DNA of 64,000 nt from Actinomycetales bacterium. Its GTDB lineage: Bacteria > Actinomycetota > Actinomycetes > Actinomycetales > CAWJMD01. Numbering within the stretch: position 1 is the stretch's first letter; each line of letters starts with the position of its first letter. The stretch is taken from assembly GCA_047974565.1 (NCBI GenBank), contig JBKECN010000015.1, positions 68,142 through 132,141 of the forward strand, given 5' to 3'. Below, in pieces: positions 33,466-40,918 of the stretch. A program made the position numbers and the translations under genes. The notes under the pieces were generated by a model. The model worked only from the letters and a program-made list of their open reading frames with translations, was not told where the DNA came from and ran no database searches.

Positions 33466-33500
33466 CAGACTCCCCGGGTCAGCGTCGGGGAGTCTGTCAG
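33462..33500 (+). promoter_or_regulatory. Perfect 15-bp-stem hairpin directly upstream of the YcaO gene
   Basis: CTGACAGACTCCCCG-ggtcagcgt-CGGGGAGTCTGTCAG. The 3' arm ends 10 nt before ATG 33511 and overlaps the first bases of the AGGAG SD (33499-33503). Confidence 0.6.
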
Positions 33501-33510
33501 GAGCCATCGC

Positions 33511-36012
33511 ATGCCGGTCAGGGACGCCGATCCACCCGTGGGGCTTCGCCCCGGGGTGACCTTCTCCACCCTGGCGGACGGGCGACGCGCGTTGCACGCA
33601 GAGGGCCTGATGCTCAACCTGCCCGACCAGGCGGCGAGCCTCGCCCTGCCACTGCTGGCCGGTCATCTCAGCCCCACGCAGATCGCCCAGCGGTTGGACG
33701 GTCTGGTCGGCGGTGCCGAGGCGGCTGCCCTCATCGCCGACCTCTGGCAACGAGGACTCCTCGTCCAGGGCGTGCCGCAGCCACCGGGGCGAGTCTTCGT
33801 GGACGACTCCGCCCTGCCGTCACCGCCAGCCCCCGCACGGGCCCGGTACAAGGAGCAGGTTGGCAACAGTCAGGAGGCTGTAAAACGTTCCGGCAGAACC
33901 GTCCTCGACGGCGTCCCGCTCGAGGGCAGCGCCGGTACCGGCGAGACCGAGCAAGCCGGCGAGAGTGGGGGAGAGCCCGCGGCGTGGGTGGCCCGGCTAA
34001 TCGCCGACTGCGGGCTACACCCCAGCGGGCCCGCCGAGGCCGACGCGGCGATCGTGCTGTGTGCGGACTACCTGCAGACCGCGCTGATCGAGGCCGCCGA
34101 GCGACTCCGCAGCCAGGCAACCGCCTGGCTCCCGGTGCGGGTGAGCGCCACCGCGGTCTGGCTCGGGCCGTGGGTCGAGGAGAACCTGTGTTGGGACTGC
34201 GTCCGGGCCCGGCTGCGCGCGCACGATCCACGCCCCGACAGCGTCGTCGACGCCTCCGCCGAGAACGGACACCACGTCGGCACCCATGACCAGCGGACCT
34301 CGCTCGACCACGGCGGCGCATGGCAGCTCACCGACCAAGCCGGGGATGAGCGGACCGTCGATCTTCGTCACGTCGATGAACAAGGGGGCCACGACCTCGC
34401 GTCGCCCGACCTGACGCTGGTCGGGATGGGTGCCGCCGCGCGCCTGACTCGCGACCGCCTGACTCGCGATCGACTGGCCCAGCACACCACGACGGCATCC
34501 GGGCGAGCCGCGCCACCAGCCGGGGACCTCGATCCGGGGCAGCGCCCGGAGCCGGGACGGGGTCGGCTGCTCTGCATCGACGCCGACACGATGAGCCAGA
34601 GCGAGCATGTCGTGCTGGCCAGGCCCGAGTGCCCACGATGCGGCACGGGCGAAGCGATGGCCGCCAGGATGGACACTCGTCCCGCCCTGGCCCCGCAGGA
34701 GACCGCAGAACGTGGCGCCACCGGCCACCGGGCCCGCAACGCCGAGGACACCTGGCGGCGGTACCGCCACCTCGTCTCGCCGGTGAGCGGGCCGGTGGCC
34801 CGGGTGGACCCCGACCGGCGCCTACCGCCGGGCCTGCACGCCTACCTGGCCGGCAGCAACCTCGCCGGCGGACTGGTGCCGGGCCGGCGCAGCGTCCTGC
34901 GCTGGGATTGCGGAGGCAAGGGGGCGACCGCTGCGGCAGCCCGAACCAGTGCTCTGTGCGAGGCGCTGGAGCGGACCAGCAGCAGCTGGCACGGCGACGA
35001 GCGCCGCATTCTCGCCCGGTACGCCGATCTGGAGGAGGCTATCCCGGCCCGGGACCTGCAGCTCTTCGGCGACGAACAGTTCGCCGGGCGCACCGGGTGG
35101 AACAGCCGTCACTCGGCCTTTCAGCGTGTCCCCGAACCTGTCTCGGACGACGACGAACTCGAGTGGACCCCCGCGTGGCCGCTGGACGGCGGACCCAGGA
35201 CCCTCATCCCGACCGGCCTGTGCCTGCTCGGCGGCCCGGACGCCCACCGGCTCGCGGGAGACTCCAACGGATGCGCCGCCGGTAGTACCCTCACCGACGC
35301 CGTGCTGCAGGGGCTACTCGAGGTCATCGAACGCGACGCCGTGGGCATCTGGTGGTACAACCGGTTGCCGCAGCCCGACATTGACCTGGACGGCCTGAGG
35401 GAGCCCTATCTGGACGACGTCCGTCAGGTCTACCACGATCTCGGGCGCGACCTGTGGGCGCTGGAGGTGACCAGTGACCTCGGAATCCCCGTCGTCGCAG
35501 CGGTTTCCCGGCTGCGGGACGCAGCGCGGGAGAGCATCATCTTCGGCTTCGGCGCCCATCTCGACCCGCGGGTCGCCGTCCTACGCGCGGTCCTGGAGAT
35601 GAACCAGTTCCTGGCCACCGCGCTAACCGTCGACCCCGAGCAGTGGTGGGATCAGGATCCGGACTTCGCCCGCTGGATGACTACCGCGACCCTGGACGCC
35701 CATCCCTACCTGGCCCCACACCCGCAGGTGCCCCGGGTGCCCGACCAGATCCCCGAGCCGAGGCAGCTGGGCTTGCTGCCCGCGGTGGACGCCGTCCGGG
35801 ACCGGCTCGAGATCGCCGGATTACGCGCCTATCTCGTCGATCTGACCCGGGCAGACCTTGGCTTGCCGGTGGTCAAGGTGCTCGTTCCCGGAGCGCGACA
35901 CTGCTGGCTGCGCACTGCGCCCGGCCGGCTGTTCGAGGTGCCGGTGCGTCTGGGTCGGCTGAAGCACCAACACGGCGTGGCCGACCTCAACCCCGATCCG
36001 ATCTTCCTGTGA
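33511..36012 (+). CDS. Fused E1-like (C-protein, with N-terminal RRE-like winged helix) / YcaO (D-protein) azoline-forming cyclodehydratase
   Basis: 833 aa. E1-like half has the CWDC (227-230) and CPRC (374-377) zinc pair and WLPVRVSATAVWLGPW. YcaO half has RYRHLVSPVSGPV, SNGCAAGSTLTDAVLQGLLEVIERDAVGIWWYN and a Pro-containing C-terminus NPDPIFL. Confidence 0.9.
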   Translation: MPVRDADPPVGLRPGVTFSTLADGRRALHAEGLMLNLPDQAASLALPLLAGHLSPTQIAQRLDGLVGGAEAAALIADLWQRGLLVQGVPQPPGRVFVDDSALPSPPAPARARYKEQVGNSQEAVKRSGRTVLDGVPLEGSAGTGETEQAGESGGEPAAWVARLIADCGLHPSGPAEADAAIVLCADYLQTALIEAAERLRSQATAWLPVRVSATAVWLGPWVEENLCWDCVRARLRAHDPRPDSVVDASAENGHHVGTHDQRTSLDHGGAWQLTDQAGDERTVDLRHVDEQGGHDLASPDLTLVGMGAAARLTRDRLTRDRLAQHTTTASGRAAPPAGDLDPGQRPEPGRGRLLCIDADTMSQSEHVVLARPECPRCGTGEAMAARMDTRPALAPQETAERGATGHRARNAEDTWRRYRHLVSPVSGPVARVDPDRRLPPGLHAYLAGSNLAGGLVPGRRSVLRWDCGGKGATAAAARTSALCEALERTSSSWHGDERRILARYADLEEAIPARDLQLFGDEQFAGRTGWNSRHSAFQRVPEPVSDDDELEWTPAWPLDGGPRTLIPTGLCLLGGPDAHRLAGDSNGCAAGSTLTDAVLQGLLEVIERDAVGIWWYNRLPQPDIDLDGLREPYLDDVRQVYHDLGRDLWALEVTSDLGIPVVAAVSRLRDAARESIIFGFGAHLDPRVAVLRAVLEMNQFLATALTVDPEQWWDQDPDFARWMTTATLDAHPYLAPHPQVPRVPDQIPEPRQLGLLPAVDAVRDRLEIAGLRAYLVDLTRADLGLPVVKVLVPGARHCWLRTAPGRLFEVPVRLGRLKHQHGVADLNPDPIFL

Positions 36013-38015
36013 CCGCGACCTCTGGTAGCTCGGGCATCTCGGGGACCGCGGGTATCTCGGAGACGAGTCCTTCGGGCGCGGCCCCGGACGCCCGGCGACG
36101 GGAGTGGTTGCGGCGTCGGACGTTGCAGGGCTGGGCCCTTCAGGTGGCAGCCGCCGCCTACCTGCTCGTCGACCTGCTGCGCATCGTCGACCGGCACCTC
36201 GGCTGGGTCCCGACTCTGGTCGCCGCCGCCCTGCTGAGCCTGATGTGGTGGCTCTTCGCGGTCCGCCAGACCCGCCATGCGTTCCGGCCGATGACCCCGG
36301 TGGCCTGGGCGACCCTGCTGGCACAGGCTCTCGTCACGCTGGCCCCGACGGCCGTCTTCGGCCTCGACTGGCTGGGCGTCTGGGCACTGCTCGGCGGTGC
36401 GCTGCTGACCCTTACCCCGTTCGCGGTCGGGCTGACCGGCGCGCTCGCGGTGGCCGGCGGAGCGGGTGCGCTGATCTGGCAGGAAGTGGGTAGCCCGGCG
36501 GCCGCCGTCCTGGGTGGGGTGGGGGTACTCGCGGCGTCCGCGGCCTTCTTCGGCCTCGTGCTGCTCGCCTCGGCCAGCGACGAATTGGCCCGTGCGCAGG
36601 GCGAACTCGTCCAGGCGGCAGTGCTTCGCGAGCGCGCGCGCTTCCACGAGCGGATCGCCAGCACGCTCAAGGCCAATCTGCGCCAGATCCGCGAACTGGC
36701 CCACCGCCCGCTTGGGAGTCAGCTCCCGGCTGCGGCCGGGACCCAGGGGCAAGACGACGCCGGAGAAGGGCTCGCCCAGGCCAGCCGGGCCATCTCGGCC
36801 ATCGCCCGGTCGTCCCTGCTGGACAGCCGGAAGCTGGCCCATGCGCTGCCATCACAAGATCTCGACCCGGCTCTCTCGCCGACCCTGACCGGTGCGCGTT
36901 TCGCCGCGGTGCCCGGGTGGGCACTGCGCGGGCATCTGGCCGGCGCCATCCTGTCGGTGGTGCTGGTGCTGCGGGGCCTGGACGTGCTGCTGGCGGCCGC
37001 GGCACCGCTGCGAACATCGCCGATGACGCCCGGGTTCCTCCTCGGTGCAGCGCTGCTGGCGGCCTGCATCGGCCTGCAACTGGTGGTGCTTGCCCAAGCC
37101 GCTCGGGAGGTGAGCCAGCGGATGGCGGCCTCGCTCTGGGGCGCTCAGCTGCTGGTGACCGTGGGGCTGACGGTGTGTCTACCGCCCAACGGCGCGGCCA
37201 TGCTGGGCCTGCCCGCCGCCTCGGCGGTGTTGCTCTTCGGGATCGTCCCCGGGGGGTGGATGGCGTTGGCTCTCCTGCTGGTGGCGGGGGCGCTGCTCGC
37301 CGATCCGACCTCCCTGACGGGGCTCGGCTACGGCTTCCTCACCAGCTTGAACACCTTCGTCTTCGCCTACGCCCTCACCGAACTGAGCGTCCAGCTATCC
37401 CGCGTGCTGGCGGCGCAGGCCGAGATGGTCACCCTCGCGGTGATCGGCGAGAAGGGCCGGCAGGGCCGGGACCTGCACGACATCCTCGGGCCGACCATGT
37501 CTGCGCTGGCGTTGAAGTCGTCCCTGGCCGCCAAGCTGGTCGACCGCGATCCCGACCGCGCCCGAGCTGAGCTCGGGGAGATCGACGAGGTGGCCCGGCG
37601 TGCCATCGCCGAACTCGACCAGGTCCGCGACGCAGCCTTCGCCACCTCGGTGGATCGTGAAGTGGAAGCCTGCCGGTCGCTGCTCGCCGTCGCCGGGATC
37701 TCGGTGTCGCTGACCAGGAGCGGACCGGCCCCGCCTCAGGAGCACGTGGTCCCGCTCGCCGGATGCCTGCGCGAAGGGGCGAACAACGTCCTGCGGCACT
37801 CCGACGCCACCCGATGCACCATTCGGCTCACCTGCACCCCGGCCGTCTCGACTCTGCGGATAGCCAATGACGGGCTGCGCAATGGGCAGGCGGACTCACC
37901 GGGACGGGGACTGTCGAACCTGGCGGAACGGGCCGGTGACCTGGGTGGGCAGGCGCGGGCCTGGACAGCCGACGGCTGGCACTTCCTGGAGTTGACCCTG
38001 CCCGTGCACAGGTGA
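36009..38015 (+). CDS. Polytopic HisKA_3-type sensor histidine kinase with duplicated TM-DHp module
   Basis: 3' part of track ORF 35643..38015. GTG 36009 forms a GTGA overlap with the YcaO stop. First H-box-like is RERARFHERIASTL, second is GRDLHDILGPTMSAL. A single HATPase_c (NNVLRHS...GRGLSNLAERA). Confidence 0.85.
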   Translation: MTATSGSSGISGTAGISETSPSGAAPDARRREWLRRRTLQGWALQVAAAAYLLVDLLRIVDRHLGWVPTLVAAALLSLMWWLFAVRQTRHAFRPMTPVAWATLLAQALVTLAPTAVFGLDWLGVWALLGGALLTLTPFAVGLTGALAVAGGAGALIWQEVGSPAAAVLGGVGVLAASAAFFGLVLLASASDELARAQGELVQAAVLRERARFHERIASTLKANLRQIRELAHRPLGSQLPAAAGTQGQDDAGEGLAQASRAISAIARSSLLDSRKLAHALPSQDLDPALSPTLTGARFAAVPGWALRGHLAGAILSVVLVLRGLDVLLAAAAPLRTSPMTPGFLLGAALLAACIGLQLVVLAQAAREVSQRMAASLWGAQLLVTVGLTVCLPPNGAAMLGLPAASAVLLFGIVPGGWMALALLLVAGALLADPTSLTGLGYGFLTSLNTFVFAYALTELSVQLSRVLAAQAEMVTLAVIGEKGRQGRDLHDILGPTMSALALKSSLAAKLVDRDPDRARAELGEIDEVARRAIAELDQVRDAAFATSVDREVEACRSLLAVAGISVSLTRSGPAPPQEHVVPLAGCLREGANNVLRHSDATRCTIRLTCTPAVSTLRIANDGLRNGQADSPGRGLSNLAERAGDLGGQARAWTADGWHFLELTLPVHR

Positions 38016-38695
38016 CCCGCGGGCTCGCGGGCTCGTGGCAGGCAGAGTCATCCCGAGCGGACAATTCCGTCGGACGCTACGATTCCAACGTGATTCGGGT
38101 GCTGCTGGCGGAGGACGTGCACATGGTCCGCGGGGCCCTTGTCGCGTTGCTGGACCTCGAGGACGACATCGAGGTTGTCGCCACCTCCTCCGACGGCACC
38201 GATGTGCTCGAGTTGGTGCAGGCGCACACCCCGGACGTGGCCGTCCTCGACATCGACCTCGCCGGGGCTGATGGCATCGATCTGGCCCGCGCCATCCAAG
38301 AGGATCATCCGGGCGTGCGAGTGCTGTTGCTCACCAGCATGTCCACCCCCGCCACCGTCCAGCGGGCACTCTCGGCCCAGGTCGACGGCTTCCTCCTCAA
38401 GGACGAACAGCCCGAACAACTCGCCCAGGCCGTGCGGGACATCGCTCGCGGCCGCAAGGTCGTCGATGGGGACCTGGTGTTGAACGCGATGAGTGTGGGC
38501 CCCTGCCCGCTCAGCCCCCGCGAGTTGGAGGTGCTGCGGGCGGCTGCGGATGGTCAGGAGCCAGGCGAGATCGCGAAGAAACTCTTCCTGTCGATCGGCA
38601 CCGTCCGCAACCATCTCACCGCGGCGATGGCCAAACTGTCGGCGCGAAACCGGGTGGACGCGGTGCGCAAGGCCACTGATTCAGGCTGGATCTGA
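38012..38695 (+). CDS. NarL/LuxR-family response regulator
   Basis: GTGA overlap with the kinase stop (alternative start GTG 38090, VIRVLLAEDV). Receiver domain plus HTH LSPRELEVLRAAADGQEPGEIAKKLFLSIGTVRNH. Confidence 0.9.
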   Translation: MTRGLAGSWQAESSRADNSVGRYDSNVIRVLLAEDVHMVRGALVALLDLEDDIEVVATSSDGTDVLELVQAHTPDVAVLDIDLAGADGIDLARAIQEDHPGVRVLLLTSMSTPATVQRALSAQVDGFLLKDEQPEQLAQAVRDIARGRKVVDGDLVLNAMSVGPCPLSPRELEVLRAAADGQEPGEIAKKLFLSIGTVRNHLTAAMAKLSARNRVDAVRKATDSGWI

Positions 38696-38760
38696 CGGGC
38701 TCAGGCTGGATCTAACTGGCTGAGGCTGGATCTGACGGACTGAGGCTGGAGCTGAGGGCT
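38681..38760. repeat. 4 tandem copies of a 20-bp unit (TCAGGCTGGATCTGACGGGC) starting inside the last codons of the response regulator
   Basis: Units at 38681, 38701, 38721 and 38741 with 1-4 substitutions each. Confidence 0.9.
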
Positions 38761-38859
38761 CCTACCCGTCCGCAGCCAACCGGGGTGGTCGGCGGCTGAG
38801 CCACGCCGAGCGGACGAACGGCTGGTCGACGGTGAGGCCGCGCCGCGCTGTTCAACGGT

Positions 38860-39018
38860 TCAGATCAGTCCGGGCTCGACGGCGACCCGGGTGAAGCACC
38901 AGGGAATGACGACCTCGTCCTGGTCGGCGTCGTCGAACCGAGACCAGATGACACTCGGCTTCTCCGCAGCCTTCTCGGCGAGAGCGGCCAGGGTGGCGAA
39001 GGGGTTCTTGATGTCCAT
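38860..39018 (-). CDS. 52-aa small protein of unknown function
   Basis: Not in the track (<60 aa). ATG 39018 is preceded by GGAGAAAAGAC. GC3 is about 46/52. Translation is MDIKNPFATLAALAEKAAEKPSVIWSRFDDADQDEVVIPWCFTRVAVEPGLI. Confidence 0.5.
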   Translation of the reverse strand: MDIKNPFATLAALAEKAAEKPSVIWSRFDDADQDEVVIPWCFTRVAVEPGLI

Positions 39019-39706
39019 GTCTTTTCTCCAGACGTGAGGTTCTCGGTGGTCTTTACGTCATGAAGTCTTGCCGGTTTCGGGGGCGTGGCGCCAGAGTTCA
39101 GACCCATGAAGAATTCCTGATTCCGGTGTGCCCTAGCCACGGGACGCGGTGGTCGACGTCGTGACCATCGGGAACCGGCTTGAGCCCCACCGGGTGCCAT
39201 CGCCGCTGGCGGCACCGTGGGATTCGGCTGTAAATCATTAACGCACAATGAGTTTCGACTATGTGAGGAGATGCATAGTCATCGATGTCCGGTCCCTGGG
39301 GCATCGCCCCTCGCACATCGCGGTGGCCACCGGCCCGCAGGACGCCCGGTGTCTGCGCGGACCGCTGTCCAGCTGCGTGAGCGGTTGGTCGGGGATTGTG
39401 GATTGGCTCAGGAGACAGCCGTGCCGAAACGTGGCGAGCAACAGGCCGGTGTCGCGTGGGTATTGCTTCCTGCGCATTGAGAACTCGGTGCAGGACGAGG
39501 ACCACGAATCTGGACGCCACAATCCAGACCCGCGGATCGGAATCCAATGGCGTGGGGGCGGGAGGCGACCGGGTATTGAGCGACGCTCTGGCCGATCCTG
39601 CATCCTGGGGCCGCCACGACCATGACCCGGCACGTCAACGCCGTCCAGCAGGGGTGGCCGATGGCCGCGAAGGATTCCGGCGTGCCGGTCGACTCCCTGC
39701 GAGCTT

Positions 39707-39752
39707 GAGGCTCAGAAGTGACGGGTGAGGCTCAGAAGTGACGGGTGAGGCG
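39707..39752. repeat. 2.3 tandem copies of a 20-bp unit (TGAGGCTCAGAAGTGACGGG) spanning the stop codon of the DUF1992 gene
   Basis: Identical units at 39707-39726 and 39727-39746, partial third copy to 39752. The gene's stop (39732-39734) sits in copy 2. Confidence 0.9.
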
Positions 39753-40313
39753 ACGCCACCAGGACTCGGGTTGCGCCGCGTCGCTGGCGGGCGCCGACCG
39801 GTCGGTGGGGGCGGGGGTCGGCTCCGGGGGTGGGGCGCCCCGTCGCCCGTCGGCTTCGTCTGGGGCGGCGATGTCCTGCCGGATCTCGACCTCGGTGACC
39901 TGCGCCGGCTCGGGCTCCGGCTGCGGCCTGTACTCGGCGCTCCATCGCGCGGTGAGTTCATCCACGTCCACCACGTGGGCGATCACGGGGTGGCCTGCGC
40001 CGGTAGCGGGTCGGGCGATCTCCCGGCGGACCGCGGCGTTGTACGCCTCGAGCACCTCACGTACCGCGGTCTCGTCCGGCAGCCCGGCCAGCGAGTCGGG
40101 AAAACCGTCCGCTTGCTTGCGCAGGGCCAGCATTGGGGGCAGGGCCTCGGCCAGACTCAATCTCTCGCGTTCGGCGAACCGTCGGATCCACCAGTTGGGA
40201 TCATCGGCATCGGACAGGTCGAGCGGCTTTCCGGCACCTGGCAGATTGTCGAACTCACCCCGCGCCTGGGCATCGGAGATCTCCCGCTCCACATTGGGCC
40301 AACTCATGTGCAC
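39732..40313 (-). CDS. DUF1992 (DnaJC28-like) domain protein
   Basis: N-terminus ISDAQARGEFDNLPGAGKPLDL...NWWIRRF is typical of DUF1992. Pro/Glu-rich tail. Confidence 0.7.
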   Translation of the reverse strand: MHMSWPNVEREISDAQARGEFDNLPGAGKPLDLSDADDPNWWIRRFAERERLSLAEALPPMLALRKQADGFPDSLAGLPDETAVREVLEAYNAAVRREIARPATGAGHPVIAHVVDVDELTARWSAEYRPQPEPEPAQVTEVEIRQDIAAPDEADGRRGAPPPEPTPAPTDRSAPASDAAQPESWWRRLTRHF

Positions 40314-40918
40314 ACCTCAGATCGGCATCGGCGCGGCCTCGCGTCCGCCGGTGACCCCCGTCCCGGCCGCCGGAAGGCGCCGGCTCGGCGAGGCGCTACC
40401 ACTCCACGGTAGCCCGTGCCTGCGGGCCAGACACCCCGTAGGAGGCAACCGACTCGCAGGAGAGGGATCGGCTGGCGTTCCCGGGACGGCTTCTCGCGGC
40501 CACCGCCTAGGCCGAGGGCTCATCTCGTGGACCAGGTGGTGCCGTGTCCATGGCCATGCCGTCGGCCAGATCGGGACAGCCTCTCGTCGTGGCGCTGGCA
40601 GGGCATTCGGTCGTCAGCTCGCGCCCTCAGAGCCCGGTCTACAGCGCGGCAGTGCACGCCCGCACCCGGCCCGACCCGCCGTGACCAGGTGGTCGGCCGA
40701 ACGGTGGCATCGCCGGTATGGACTGAAAAACCTGAAACGGGCTACTCGGTCTCGACAATGCTACGTAAGGTCACGGGCTTGTGACGCTCGCAACATCCTC
40801 GTGCTCACGGCCACGTTACGAGTTGGACACGATCGCGTGTCCTTGGGCAGGCTGACGTTGAAGTTGTGCTGCGCGCGGGGGCTCGTGGCAATCGTCGACC
40901 GGAAAGGCACTGCCACTC

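Noticed and set aside
35643-36008. N-terminal extension of the histidine-kinase ORF into the YcaO gene
   Set aside because: It overlaps the conserved C-terminal part of the YcaO in another frame. GTG 36009 gives the usual 4-nt coupled start.
39098-39625. Track ORFs 39098-39547 (minus) and 39248-39625 (plus) as genes filling the 700-bp gap
   Set aside because: They have no recognisable motifs, poor GC3 and rare codons, and they overlap each other. I left the region unassigned as a possible UTR/ncRNA.
40314-40918. Long (~600 bp) upstream region of the lytic-transglycosylase-like gene as a c-di-AMP (ydaO-type) riboswitch, which often precedes such genes in actinobacteria
   Set aside because: I could not find the conserved GGGGUGAAUC / CAGCUAACCUCGUAAGC-type elements on the coding strand. 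Only short local hairpins are present (GGACAC-gatcgc-GTGTCC, GTCAC-gggctt-GTGAC). An Infernal scan would be needed to revisit this.
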